From: an uncultured Candidatus Saccharibacteria bacterium
Lineage (GTDB): Bacteria; Patescibacteriota; Minisyncoccia; Phycocordibacterales; UBA2163
Reading direction: 5' to 3'
NCBI GenBank assembly: GCA_964575575.1
Contig: CAZNQQ010000002.1
Span: forward strand, 1 to 56,981
DNA: 56,981 nt
Shown: in pieces, positions 43,284 through 54,379 of the stretch
Position numbering within the stretch: position 1 is the stretch's first letter
How the letters are laid out: each line of letters opens with the position of its first letter
Program-made: the position numbers and the translations under genes
The notes under the pieces: generated by a model
Database searches by the model: none
Told to the model about the DNA's origin: nothing
What the model saw: only the letters and a program-made list of their open reading frames with translations

Positions 43284-44674
43284 ACTGTTTCGACTTCACT
43301 AATAATAACATCTGCAAATCTTTTGCCAGAGTTTCCGTCGACTTTATAACAAAATCTGTCTCTTAACTTTTGCCTTTCGGAACCTTCAAGCTCTGGGTTT
43401 TCCAAATAACGATTTAGAATGTCTCTAAATCCCTCTCGCGACTCTGCAAGCTGTGTCGCGCGAGAATTAACGATTTCTAGATTATAGTCACTTGCATAAC
43501 AAAGCTTTAATGAATGCGACTTTTCCATTTCCTTGTATACATCATACGCAAAATGTATTACCGGTCTATCCAACGCCATAGCATCAAGAGCTATTGTCGA
43601 AGCCACATTCACCACTACATCGGCATGATATAGGCTATTCATAAAACGTTCCAGATGATACCAAGAATAATCAGCATGGTCCCTGAAACCTGCAGATGGA
43701 TTGTTGGAAAGATCCACTACTACATCCTTCTTTCCTAACAAATGAGTGAATTTCTTTTCTTCATCTTTGTAGAAAAAGTGGGGGCGAATCAAAAGTTGAC
43801 AATCTTTCTTAAGTTCGTTTTTGTCTATAAAATCGTGGATGATTGTTGCTATCTCCTTGTCCTCAGGTATTGCCTTGCCTTCCGATGTAAACAAAATGAT
43901 TGGTTTGTTTATATCAAGTCCAAATTCATTGCAGAACTTTTCTTTATTCCAAATCCTGTTTTTGTCTGTATAGTAATCAAATTGAGGTATACCAATAACT
44001 TTTATATTCTTTCTTTTATAGTTCTGAAACTTTTCTGACTGCTCTGCCATAAAGTCACTCCACACTACTAAAGTATCGACTTTTGCACGAAAACCTGCGC
44101 GTGATGGATTGTCCCAACTCTTTGGCATACCTACAACCCTTACTTTCATTTTTTTTGCAGCTTTTATAACAGCGGTTTCAATATCAGACATAATAGAAGT
44201 ACTCACTACAAGTGAGGGATTCTCTCTTTTAATCAGTTCTTTAAATTCTTTTACATCTTTTCTCTGCACAAAAAGATAATCCAACCATTTAACAAAATCC
44301 CGCAATATTCTCAATTTAGAAAGTGGTTTAAATATAATCTTGAAAAGCCAATAACGAAACGTGCTTAAGTCTTCTGGTTTTGAAAGTCCTCGTATGCCGT
44401 GCTTTAGTTTTAGTCCTATGTATTTGTTGTAAATAAGATATTTATTCAATCCTACAAATATTTTGTCAGGTAATGAATGTCCACGCTCTTCAAAATAAAC
44501 AAACTTTACATTTGGATGAGTAAACTCCTCCACAAAACGCTCATCGTTTGCAGCGGGTGTCAGTATTACAATATTGAATTTCTCACGCAAGATTTTATAG
44601 AAATCATTCTTTAGGAGATTCCTTGCCATCATTCCACGGATTATTGTTATTATTATTGTTTTTCTTGTATTCAT
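43280..44674 (-). CDS. Uncharacterised GT-B-like transferase; paralog of 22736..24124
   Basis: 464 aa. See the shared blocks listed for 22736..24124. 4-nt overlaps with both neighbours. Confidence 0.5.
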   Translation of the reverse strand: MNTRKTIIITIIRGMMARNLLKNDFYKILREKFNIVILTPAANDERFVEEFTHPNVKFVYFEERGHSLPDKIFVGLNKYLIYNKYIGLKLKHGIRGLSKPEDLSTFRYWLFKIIFKPLSKLRILRDFVKWLDYLFVQRKDVKEFKELIKRENPSLVVSTSIMSDIETAVIKAAKKMKVRVVGMPKSWDNPSRAGFRAKVDTLVVWSDFMAEQSEKFQNYKRKNIKVIGIPQFDYYTDKNRIWNKEKFCNEFGLDINKPIILFTSEGKAIPEDKEIATIIHDFIDKNELKKDCQLLIRPHFFYKDEEKKFTHLLGKKDVVVDLSNNPSAGFRDHADYSWYHLERFMNSLYHADVVVNVASTIALDAMALDRPVIHFAYDVYKEMEKSHSLKLCYASDYNLEIVNSRATQLAESREGFRDILNRYLENPELEGSERQKLRDRFCYKVDGNSGKRFADVIISEVETV

Positions 44675-45294
44675 GTTTTGTGTATTATTGTATCCACAAT
44701 TTTTTTAATATCATCTTTTAATGAGTCAAAAACAAATGCGTCTTGCTTCATAAAAATATCTGTAAATATATTTGTATTATTACTAATAGTTTTTTGCCAC
44801 TCTTCTTTGTCTAAATTTAAAAACGCACGAGGGATTCTTTTTCTTTTTTCCATACGTTTTATCCTTTCAGAGTCATTGCACAAAATTACAACTTGAATCT
44901 TATTTTGTACTGTAGCGAATCTATCAATGTATTTTTTTGCATCTAACTTAGAGATATTCTTCTCATACAAAGAAAGTCCGTATTGTACTAACCCTTCATC
45001 TAAAATAACATTGTGTTTCCTTCCAATTATTCTTGCTTTTTCGTTTCGTGCTATATACTCACTCAATAAATGAAGTTTGTGCCTTGTAAGACTAAAAGAG
45101 CCTCCTCCTTCTGATATTGTTTTTATGAAAAGTGAGAAAAACTTAATGAAAGAATGAAATAAAAAAATAACATTGTATTTAAATTTTTCTTTCCGAGAAT
45201 TAACAACGATATATTCCCACCCTGTATTAAGATTTAGCTCTCTAGCAATAGTTGTCTTTCCAGCGCCAGATGGACCAAAAAATTCGATTATCAT
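44671..45294 (-). CDS. P-loop NTPase (small kinase-like), function unknown
   Basis: 207 aa. Walker A FFGPSGAGKTTIAREL at the extreme N-terminus and a possible Walker B ILDEG. Confidence 0.5.
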   Translation of the reverse strand: MIIEFFGPSGAGKTTIARELNLNTGWEYIVVNSRKEKFKYNVIFLFHSFIKFFSLFIKTISEGGGSFSLTRHKLHLLSEYIARNEKARIIGRKHNVILDEGLVQYGLSLYEKNISKLDAKKYIDRFATVQNKIQVVILCNDSERIKRMEKRKRIPRAFLNLDKEEWQKTISNNTNIFTDIFMKQDAFVFDSLKDDIKKIVDTIIHKT

Positions 45295-45297
45295 AAT

Positions 45298-46251
<954 letters not shown>

Positions 46252-46267
46252 TCAATATATTACCATG

Positions 46268-46276
46268 ATTATAACA
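46268..46276 (-). promoter_or_regulatory. Extended -10 element TGtTATAAT (minus strand) upstream of fcl
   Basis: The reverse complement of attataaca at 46268-46276 reads TGTTATAAT, about 25 nt upstream of the GTG start. Confidence 0.4.
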
Positions 46277-46298
46277 AGGATTATCGCAAATCAGTGAC

Positions 46299-46327
46299 TT
46301 GACAAATATATAATTATCTGCTTTACT
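46299..46327 (+). promoter_or_regulatory. Sigma-70-type promoter TTGACA-17-TTTACT for the Nudix gene
   Basis: TTGACA at 46299-46304 and TTTACT at 46322-46327. The first 11 nt are identical to the promoter at 10576. SD aaggcggtg precedes the TTG start at 46381. Confidence 0.45.
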
Positions 46328-46380
46328 GTAGGTTGAAATATCTTAGTTTTTTGACTTTACATACAGAAAGGCGGTGAAAA

Positions 46381-47025
46381 TTGAACGCAGCAATAGAACA
46401 ATTTAAGAAAATAGCAGGAGAAGAAAGATTCAAAGGGTGGCCGTTAGTTGGAAAACATGAACTCGGTGAAAAAATTCCATTTTTTGGACAAGTGCTGAAT
46501 TACAGACTCCAAACTGGCGCTGGAGTGGAAGATTATACTTCTATTCTCCGTTACTTTGGATGGGCTGTCACATTTGGTGTCACTAAATACAATCAGGTTA
46601 TTACTTTAATACAGTGGAAACCTGGTGTAAATTGCGCCAGCTGGGAATTACCTCCTGGAGGGATCGGCAAAATTGATTCTAATGCCACAAACGAGGAAAT
46701 ACTTGCGAAAACAAAAGAGATATATCTTCGCGAGACAGGTTTCGGTGGTGGTAATTGGGAAAAACTTGGTCAAATAATGATGGAAACTGGTAAATACAGA
46801 GGTGCTGGACCAGACGATCATGGTCTTCCTGCACACCTGTTTCTTGCAACCGACTTAGAACATCAAGTAGCTGCAAGGAATCCGAAAGCAAACGAAATCA
46901 TGGAAACCTTAATGGTACCGCTAGATGAATTTGAAGAGGTCATATTGTCAGGACATTTTGCTGAAGCAAGTGCAGTTGCATGCGCATTGCTCGCATTAAG
47001 AAAACTCTCTCCAGTATCTGTCTGA
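46381..47025 (+). CDS. Nudix-family hydrolase (possibly GDP-sugar hydrolase, by context)
   Basis: 214 aa, TTG start with a good SD. WELPPGGIGK-x17-EIYLRETGF approximates the Nudix box. Sits between fcl and gmd. Confidence 0.55.
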   Translation: MNAAIEQFKKIAGEERFKGWPLVGKHELGEKIPFFGQVLNYRLQTGAGVEDYTSILRYFGWAVTFGVTKYNQVITLIQWKPGVNCASWELPPGGIGKIDSNATNEEILAKTKEIYLRETGFGGGNWEKLGQIMMETGKYRGAGPDDHGLPAHLFLATDLEHQVAARNPKANEIMETLMVPLDEFEEVILSGHFAEASAVACALLALRKLSPVSV

Positions 47026-47055
47026 TAGAGTGTTGTGTAGTTTTAGTTAATAATA

Positions 47056-47095
47056 ATTGCGATTGAAAAGAATTTTTTTCAATCGCAATTTTTTA
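47056..47095. terminator. Bidirectional intrinsic terminator between the convergent Nudix and gmd genes
   Basis: 14-bp perfect stem attgcgattgaaaa/ttttcaatcgcaat with a 6-nt loop, followed by tttttatt. Confidence 0.75.
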
Positions 47096-47096
47096 T

Positions 47097-48089
47097 TTAT
47101 AATCCATGCTGCTTCAAATCTGATTGAACCATAACCTTTACTAAATCATCAAATTTTGTTTTTGGTTCCCAACCGAGTTTTTCTTTTGCTTTTGAAATAT
47201 CAGCTTTAAGCACATCTACTTCGGACGGCCTATAATAACGCTGATCAATCTCAACATAGTTCTCCCAATCAGGAATACTTGCATGCCGAAAAGCACTTTC
47301 CACAAAATCTTTTACAGAGTATGTCTCCCCTGTACCTATTACATAATCATCAGGCTCATCCTGCTGAAGCATAAGCCAAGCAGCTTCCATGTATTCTGGC
47401 GCATAGCCCCAGTCACGTTTAGCGTCTAGATTGCCAAGATAGAGCTTTTTATCAAGACCTGCTTTTATACGTGCAACCCCGCGTGTTATTTTCCTTGTTA
47501 CAAATGTCTCCCCTCTTCTTTCGCTCTCATGGTTAAAAAGTATTCCATTTACAGCAAATATTCCATATGCCTCTCTATAATTAACAGTTGTATGGTATGC
47601 AAATACTTTTGCGCAACCATATGGACTCCTTGGATGAAATGGCGTCTTTTCGTTTTGTGGAGGAAGGGCTGAACCAAACATCTCACTTGATGACGCTTGA
47701 TAGAATCTAATTTTCTTTCCACCTTGTTTTTGTAAATCTTTTATCGCCTCTAGAAGCCTTATGGTACCAAGACCTGTTATGTCAGCTGTATACTCTGGTG
47801 TATCAAAAGAAACTCTTACATGAGACTGTGCACCAAGGTGATAAACCTCATCTGGCTGAATATCAAAAATTAATTTTCTTATATTCCCTGTATCAGACAA
47901 ATCGCCATAATGCAAAAACAGTCTTCTTCCTTTGTCATGCGGATCTTGATATATGTGGTCTATCCTGTCTGTATTTATAGACGATGACCTTCGTTTTATA
48001 CCGTGTACTTCATACCCCTTATCAAGCAAAAACTCTGCTAAGTATGAACCATCCTGACCTGTTATTCCTGTTATAAATGCTTTTTTCAT
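47097..48089 (-). CDS. gmd: GDP-mannose 4,6-dehydratase
   Basis: 330 aa. Shows [49 protein letters not shown] and [19 protein letters not shown]. Confidence 0.95.
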   Translation of the reverse strand: MKKAFITGITGQDGSYLAEFLLDKGYEVHGIKRRSSSINTDRIDHIYQDPHDKGRRLFLHYGDLSDTGNIRKLIFDIQPDEVYHLGAQSHVRVSFDTPEYTADITGLGTIRLLEAIKDLQKQGGKKIRFYQASSSEMFGSALPPQNEKTPFHPRSPYGCAKVFAYHTTVNYREAYGIFAVNGILFNHESERRGETFVTRKITRGVARIKAGLDKKLYLGNLDAKRDWGYAPEYMEAAWLMLQQDEPDDYVIGTGETYSVKDFVESAFRHASIPDWENYVEIDQRYYRPSEVDVLKADISKAKEKLGWEPKTKFDDLVKVMVQSDLKQHGL

Positions 48090-48090
48090 A

Positions 48091-49224
48091 TTAATTGTTT
48101 ACAAAATTAAGAATCTTCTCTACTCTTTTTTGCCATGTAAATTCATGGACTTCACTATATGCTTTGTTTGAAAGTTTTTCTCCCATAGAATGATTTTCTA
48201 ACAAAGTGTTTACTTTTTCTGCAAGACTTTTAGGATTATCTGGTTCAAACAAAAGTGAGTTTTCATTATCTTTAAGATATTTAGAAAAACTCGGAAGGTC
48301 ACTTGCAACTACTGGAACACCTGATGCCATGTATTCAAATAATTTAATGGGTGTTGTATACATAGCAGACCTTTTCTCTTTTGCTGTATTGGGAAGTACT
48401 AATACGTCCGCTGATTTGATAAATTGTATCACTTTTTTATGGGGAGAAAAACCTCTAACAACAACTCTCTCTATATTATTTTCAGATATATATTTATTGA
48501 TATCATCCATATTTTCTACAGTGCCTCCCACAAGCACTAGAGTTGCGTTTTCAGATATTTTATTAACACTGTCTAACAACGTATATACACCTTTCCATGT
48601 ATAAAAATGCCCCACATAAAGAACCACCTGTGTATTTTCTTTTAAACCAAATTGTTTAAATACTGACCTATCTCTCTCAAGCCTGACAAACTCACCAATA
48701 TCAACACCGTTTGGTATAGTTATATAACTATCTTTTTTAACATGAAGTTGCTCATAAACAGCCTCAAGATTATGCGCTACTATTACCTTTCTTTTAATCT
48801 TTCTAAGAAAAGCTCCGTAGACAAACAAGCTAGACTTCGGTAGCTCATGATCTTCAAAGATAACCTTTATACCAAAAAGTGTCATTGCAAAAGCGAGCAC
48901 AATCTCTCTTACATAGACAATATCTGGCTTCTTTTTAAAGACGTAAAATATAGAGCTAATAATAAAAGAAAGGTACTGTAACCAGAATTTTATTCTTCCA
49001 AGCTTACCTAAATCAAAATCAAAAGAAAAAACTTTTGTTATATTAAATTTTTTCCCCTCACCGTAGTATACAAAAGGGTCTTCTTTCAAATGGTTGAACC
49101 TTTTTGGTATTACAAGTTCTACATTATTTCCAGATTGCGCAAAAGCGCTACACATTTTCATTATCTGAATACCATGCGCTCGCTCTGTGGGTAATCTTAT
49201 ATGTGCGATGTATAGAATTTTCAT
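48091..49224 (-). CDS. Glycosyltransferase family 4
   Basis: 377 aa. Shows [20 protein letters not shown] and the C-terminal EX7E-type block [18 protein letters not shown]. Confidence 0.8.
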   Translation of the reverse strand: MKILYIAHIRLPTERAHGIQIMKMCSAFAQSGNNVELVIPKRFNHLKEDPFVYYGEGKKFNITKVFSFDFDLGKLGRIKFWLQYLSFIISSIFYVFKKKPDIVYVREIVLAFAMTLFGIKVIFEDHELPKSSLFVYGAFLRKIKRKVIVAHNLEAVYEQLHVKKDSYITIPNGVDIGEFVRLERDRSVFKQFGLKENTQVVLYVGHFYTWKGVYTLLDSVNKISENATLVLVGGTVENMDDINKYISENNIERVVVRGFSPHKKVIQFIKSADVLVLPNTAKEKRSAMYTTPIKLFEYMASGVPVVASDLPSFSKYLKDNENSLLFEPDNPKSLAEKVNTLLENHSMGEKLSNKAYSEVHEFTWQKRVEKILNFVNN

Positions 49225-49227
49225 ATA

Positions 49228-50412
49228 CTAAATAATTTTTGAAAGTATAGCTTCCATGTTTTTTGTGAATCTTTCTTTTGAATATTCATCGAGTGCAAAG
49301 GATTGTGTTTGGCTGATTTGTCGATTAAGTTCTTTTTCATCCATGTTATATATTTGTCCAACCTTTTTTTCTATCTCATCAACACTACAATCATTTAGAT
49401 ACATGCCATAACCCTCTGGTAATTGTACACCTGTGCCCACACTTACAAGCGGATATAGTCCTGTCTGCATCATGGTTGTACAAGCTACAGAGATCGACTC
49501 ACTTGCACTAGGTGCAATAAAACATACGCATCGTCTGATTATATCTCTAAACTCTTTGCTTTTTGGATTCATATGTCCATGGAGTTTTATGTTCGGCAAT
49601 TCTGAAAGTTCATGTTTATATATCTTCATAAAATCAGGTTCGCTCTCAACAGAGCCAACAATATTAAGCGTCCATTGTGGGTTCTTTGCAAAGACATCGA
49701 GTATGAGATCCAAACCTTTGAGCACAGCCCCTACGCCAAAATACCATATAAATTCTCGCTCACCCCCAACAAGCTCTTCTTTATTTTTAATATATACAGA
49801 AGAAGACGCCACTGGTATTGCTATTATTTTGCTATAGAATTCTTCGTGGAATGTTCTTTTTGCATTTTCTCCAAAAACAATAACCTTGTCTGACAACTTC
49901 AAAATAGCATCTTCCATTTTCTCGTATGGCTCTTGCCTTTTGGGTGAATACAAAGCTCCTGTTCGTCTGTCTGAAAGTTTATTTATACGCTCTATCTCCT
50001 TTAGGTTTGTATGCTTAAGTGATGATGTTCCAGGGTGCCATATCTTAATAGCATCTCTACCTTCAGGTGCGTATGCGACAAGTCTTAACAAATCTCCAGA
50101 GAAAGAAAAAATAGCGTCATATTTTTTTTGTGGAATGAAATTATGATTATTATAGTGAATACAATCTACAACGTAACCATACTTATTAAATATAGAAATT
50201 ATTTCATTACTCATCCATGCACACGAATGAAAGTCTAAAGACTTGTGATCCTTGGGAAGTCCAGCAGAAGTAATAGAATAGCTCACTAATGCACGACCTT
50301 TTATAGGACCTTTTTTAGGCTTTATAGTTGCACACTTAAAATACTTCTTTTGATATTTTAAAGGAAGATATTCTCTATATTTTTTGAGGTAATTACGTAT
50401 TAATTTTTTCAT
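49228..50412 (-). CDS. GT-B-fold glycosyltransferase (GT4-like, divergent)
   Basis: 394 aa. Shows FGVGAVLKGLDLILDVF and IAPSASESISVACTTMMQTGLYPLVS. Confidence 0.55.
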   Translation of the reverse strand: MKKLIRNYLKKYREYLPLKYQKKYFKCATIKPKKGPIKGRALVSYSITSAGLPKDHKSLDFHSCAWMSNEIISIFNKYGYVVDCIHYNNHNFIPQKKYDAIFSFSGDLLRLVAYAPEGRDAIKIWHPGTSSLKHTNLKEIERINKLSDRRTGALYSPKRQEPYEKMEDAILKLSDKVIVFGENAKRTFHEEFYSKIIAIPVASSSVYIKNKEELVGGEREFIWYFGVGAVLKGLDLILDVFAKNPQWTLNIVGSVESEPDFMKIYKHELSELPNIKLHGHMNPKSKEFRDIIRRCVCFIAPSASESISVACTTMMQTGLYPLVSVGTGVQLPEGYGMYLNDCSVDEIEKKVGQIYNMDEKELNRQISQTQSFALDEYSKERFTKNMEAILSKII

Positions 50413-50476
50413 AAAAAAAGCTATTCACCCAATCTAGCTCATTAGTATATATAACCATTAAAAACCCCTAAAGTTA

Positions 50477-51421
50477 TTAATTTTTAGCTTTGAGATTATC
50501 TTTTTTTGCCCATTCTATATACCTATCTATGCCTTCCCACATGTTAACTTTTGGAGAATATCCTAGACTTTTAGCAAACGATACATCAGCTGGAAAACGA
50601 GTAACTTCTCCTGGCCGTGGATCACCATGCACGACATTCACATTGAGTTTCTTTGCTATGTACTCAACAATATCTTTAACACTTGTATTTTCACCGGATG
50701 CCAAATTTACCGTCTTTCCAGCAAGGGAGTCGTCTTTTAATATAAGATTATACCCATCTATTATGTCGTCTATATGAGAATAATCTCTTGTTGAACTTCC
50801 GTCTCCAAAAATAGTTAAATCTTCTCCACGGAGTGCTTTAGCAACAACTATAGGTATAAGTGCTCCAAATGTACCACTTTTTTGTCTTTCTCCATAGATA
50901 TTAAAAGGTCTAACAATGGTTACATCGACACCAAATGATTTAAAGTAGGAATAACATATTCTGTCAGCTGCGGCTTTAGACGATGCATATGGGCTATTTG
51001 GCTTTAGCTCTGCTGTTTCGTCTAGCTTCTCACCTTCTTTAAGATTTTGTCCGTCTCCATATACCTCGCAAGTAGAAGTTAATATAAGTCGGTTTTTGTT
51101 TTCTCTTGTAGCTTCAAGAATATGATATGTACCCAAAATATTGGTATAAAAAAAGGCAACAGGGTCTTTGAGTGACTCGTCAACATTTATACGCGCGGCA
51201 AGATGAAAAACAACATCATGCCCTCGAACACTTTTATGAATAAGCTCTTTGTCTGTTATGCTGCCCCAAATAAGATTAATTTTGTCCAATACATTAGACA
51301 AACTAGACAAAGCTCTTTTTGAATATGTGTTTAAAACAGAGACTTCGTGACCTTGATTAAGTAAAGATTCAACAAGATGACTTCCTTGAAACCCTCCACC
51401 ACCTGTTACAAGTATTTTCAT
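50477..51421 (-). CDS. SDR-family NDP-sugar dehydratase/epimerase (RmlB/UXS-like)
   Basis: 314 aa. Shows KILVTGGGGFQGSHL, STCEVYGDG and the YxxxK in PYASSKAAAD. Confidence 0.8.
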   Translation of the reverse strand: MKILVTGGGGFQGSHLVESLLNQGHEVSVLNTYSKRALSSLSNVLDKINLIWGSITDKELIHKSVRGHDVVFHLAARINVDESLKDPVAFFYTNILGTYHILEATRENKNRLILTSTCEVYGDGQNLKEGEKLDETAELKPNSPYASSKAAADRICYSYFKSFGVDVTIVRPFNIYGERQKSGTFGALIPIVVAKALRGEDLTIFGDGSSTRDYSHIDDIIDGYNLILKDDSLAGKTVNLASGENTSVKDIVEYIAKKLNVNVVHGDPRPGEVTRFPADVSFAKSLGYSPKVNMWEGIDRYIEWAKKDNLKAKN

Positions 51422-51517
51422 AATTAAATTTATAGATTAGTCTTGTAAATATATCAAAAGATGCTCGATTGGACAAGAACACTTTATTGATATTTAATTA
51501 GTTGTAATATACTGACC

Positions 51518-52702
51518 ATGCAAAAAACAAAACATATAGCAATAAACGCACTCTGGCTGTCACACAAAAATATCACAGGGGTTTTTGTATATACTCAAAA
51601 TCTTCTAGATAATATTTTTGAAACTGACCAAAACAATACATATACTATATTTCTAAAAAAGCAAGATTTCTCTTATTTCAAAAATAGATATGGCACATAT
51701 AACAATGTGTCTTTTGTGGTTGTTGATATCAGGCAGGATGTAGTATTACACCAACTGCGTGCTATCTACAAATTGATTGCAAAAATTAAGAAAGATGATG
51801 TAAAAGCTGAAGAGATTGTAAGAAGAGAAATACAAAGACATATAAACAGAAAGGATATTGATATATTTTTCTATCCATCCGGAATAATATACCCTAAAAA
51901 ACTTACTGGGGTTAAAACAATATCAACAATGTATGACCTGCAACACGAATATTACCCAGAGAACTTTTCTGATGCTCAGATAGCTTTTAGAAAACATAAT
52001 CATAAATATACAGCTCAAAACTCTGACCATGTTATTGCAATCTCAAACTATACCAAAAAGACTATTTTAGAAAAATATAATATAGATCCAGATAAAATCA
52101 GCACTGTATACCTAGATGCTGTAAAGCTAAAAGAAAGCATAAACACTGATAATATTGAGCTTCCAAAACAATTTTTGCTATACCCCGCTGCTCTATGGCC
52201 ACATAAGAATCACAAAATATTAATTGAAGCTTTAAATGATTTAAAAGCTAAGTTTCCAAATCTACATATAGTATTTACCGGAGTAACCAAAAAGAAAAAG
52301 CTTCGAGAGGAAATCGACAGCTTAATTAAAAAATATAATTTGTCTAACAAAATACACTTCCTAGGCTTTGTATCAGACGAAACACTTAGTTATATATATA
52401 AAAAAGCAAGTGCTCTTGTATTCCCATCTTCTTTTGAAGGATTTGGTATACCGCTTATTGAAGCTTTTAGATACGAGCTACCAGTCATAGCTGCCAGAAA
52501 CAGTAGCATTACAGAGATGGTTGGTGATGCAGGGTTATTGTTTGAAACAAATAATATAAAAGAATGTAAACAACACATTGAAGATGTTCTGACAGATGAA
52601 AATCTACGACACGAACTTATTGATAAAGGATTAAATAGAGCAAAAGACTTCTCTTGGATGAATACCGCAGAAGAGACACTAGGTGTATTTGATAATATTT
52701 AG
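51518..52702 (+). CDS. Glycosyltransferase family 4
   Basis: 394 aa. Shows FPSSFEGFGIPLIEAFRYELPVIAARNSSITEMVGDAGLLFE. Confidence 0.85.
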   Translation: MQKTKHIAINALWLSHKNITGVFVYTQNLLDNIFETDQNNTYTIFLKKQDFSYFKNRYGTYNNVSFVVVDIRQDVVLHQLRAIYKLIAKIKKDDVKAEEIVRREIQRHINRKDIDIFFYPSGIIYPKKLTGVKTISTMYDLQHEYYPENFSDAQIAFRKHNHKYTAQNSDHVIAISNYTKKTILEKYNIDPDKISTVYLDAVKLKESINTDNIELPKQFLLYPAALWPHKNHKILIEALNDLKAKFPNLHIVFTGVTKKKKLREEIDSLIKKYNLSNKIHFLGFVSDETLSYIYKKASALVFPSSFEGFGIPLIEAFRYELPVIAARNSSITEMVGDAGLLFETNNIKECKQHIEDVLTDENLRHELIDKGLNRAKDFSWMNTAEETLGVFDNI

Positions 52703-53752
52703 AAATTCTTTTCCAATAGCTTTTGGGTTTAGTTTATCTTTATAAAGACAGTACCCGCTCTCAGCTATTTCTTCTTGTAATTTTACATTGTTTTTTAATT
52801 CTAAAATCTTCTCTGCCAAATCATTTGCATCTGCCGGTCTTACAAACAAACAGTTTTCTTTATCTTTAAGTAGCTCTCTATTACTTATAGATTCCATAGT
52901 AATGTACGGCATCTTAAGTGCTAATGCTTCAAATGTTTTGTTCTGTATTGTTCTGTGCATCCTAGAGTGGTCTGCAAATTGCCCTAGAATTGCATTGCAA
53001 GAAAGCATCTTTTCTCTTAGGACATCGTCTGGTAAAAATTCTGTGATTAACTCTACATTATCTAAGTCGTATTTTTTTATCATATCTTCAATTTTTTCGC
53101 GTAACATACCTCGCCCAATAACTAAGAATTTTATATTTTTATCTTTTAGGATTTTTGCTGCTTCAATTACATACTCAGCACCAGTTGCAGGTAAAAACCA
53201 TCCCCTAAATACTACAGAAAAATTATCGTTCTTTTTTATATCCTCTGACGGATAAAAAACATCACTACTTGCACCAGTAAGAAGAACTTTCATTTTATTT
53301 TTATTAATAAAAAATGTCTTAGACAAAAACTTCTTCTGGCTTTCACTTTCAACTAATATCAAATTAGCAGAATGAAAAGCAATGAAATCTCTTGCCCATA
53401 TATAGAATGCGCCAAAAGAGATCTTTCTATACTTTTCTCTATCAAGTATCTCTCCCTCATACATAGAGCACAAAGCATTATATATAACTTTCTTTTTTGA
53501 TATAAGGCGTGCCAAAGGAACAACAATATTGCTTAAATACCCAACAACCATAAAATCATAATCATTTTTGATTAATCTATGTTTTTTTATCAAATTAATA
53601 AATTTAGAAAAAGATTTTGAATTATCTACACATTCCACACATTCAAGACTGTTTTCTTTAAGGCCACGCCATAGGATTTGGTTTCGTGCCATTTCTGTTG
53701 GCTCATATATACCAAAATAACAATATTTATTTTTCTTTTTATTTTGCGCCAT
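52679..53752 (-). CDS. Glycosyltransferase (GT4-like)
   Basis: 357 aa. Shows VVFRGWFLPATGAEYVIEAAKIL and NKTFEALALKMPYIT. The 3' end overlaps the convergent gene by 24 nt. Confidence 0.7.
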   Translation of the reverse strand: MAQNKKKNKYCYFGIYEPTEMARNQILWRGLKENSLECVECVDNSKSFSKFINLIKKHRLIKNDYDFMVVGYLSNIVVPLARLISKKKVIYNALCSMYEGEILDREKYRKISFGAFYIWARDFIAFHSANLILVESESQKKFLSKTFFINKNKMKVLLTGASSDVFYPSEDIKKNDNFSVVFRGWFLPATGAEYVIEAAKILKDKNIKFLVIGRGMLREKIEDMIKKYDLDNVELITEFLPDDVLREKMLSCNAILGQFADHSRMHRTIQNKTFEALALKMPYITMESISNRELLKDKENCLFVRPADANDLAEKILELKNNVKLQEEIAESGYCLYKDKLNPKAIGKEFLNIIKYT

Positions 53753-54377
53753 TTTTTACTGCTTTTATAAAATATCCGATAGGATATTCTGACCCTGTAT
53801 ATTTTTTGCCCATCCTTTTTGATATAGATTTTATTAAAATATCTAAACCAACTGCAATTCTTTCCAAGAAAAAATTAACAAACGCTGGGAAAAATCTATG
53901 AACGAGATTAAATGCTGCACTAAATGCCCCCTCGCCTATCTCTATGATTTGCACTCCAGCAAAACCGTTTTCTTTCATCATCTTTTCAATAGCTTGTTTG
54001 GAATACCTAAAATAATCTCTTGGACTTGAATGCACATAATAAAGAAACGGTATCACCATAACAATACTTCCGTTTTCTTTCAAAATCCGTGCGCTGTCTT
54101 TGAGAAGATTGTCGTAATTATAAATATGCTCTAGCAAATTTATCATGAGCACAGCATCGCAAGAATCACCGTCAACAGGCATGGGTGTATTCTCAAGATT
54201 ATGTAATATATCTGGATTTGTATTCTCTTTAGAGTTAAGCACGAGAATTGAATTTTCACCACCAACAAGATTATGATAGTCCGCATTTTTCACACCACCA
54301 AGATCAACAATCTTTCCATCGAGTTTGATTTCTGAAAGTTTTTTATATGTTAGTTTTCTAAATAGACTTTGTTTCAT
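53739..54377 (-). CDS. Class I SAM-dependent methyltransferase
   Basis: 212 aa. Shows KIVDLGG, DAVLMINLLEHI and ENGSIVMVIP. Confidence 0.7.
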   Translation of the reverse strand: MKQSLFRKLTYKKLSEIKLDGKIVDLGGVKNADYHNLVGGENSILVLNSKENTNPDILHNLENTPMPVDGDSCDAVLMINLLEHIYNYDNLLKDSARILKENGSIVMVIPFLYYVHSSPRDYFRYSKQAIEKMMKENGFAGVQIIEIGEGAFSAAFNLVHRFFPAFVNFFLERIAVGLDILIKSISKRMGKKYTGSEYPIGYFIKAVKNGAK

Positions 54378-54379
54378 AC

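Noticed and set aside
52679-52702. Convergent 3'-end overlaps: 24 nt between the two GT genes here, and 4 nt at 35864-35867
   Set aside because: This probably just reflects genome compaction and a lack of terminators. No structure or conserved element was seen in the overlaps.
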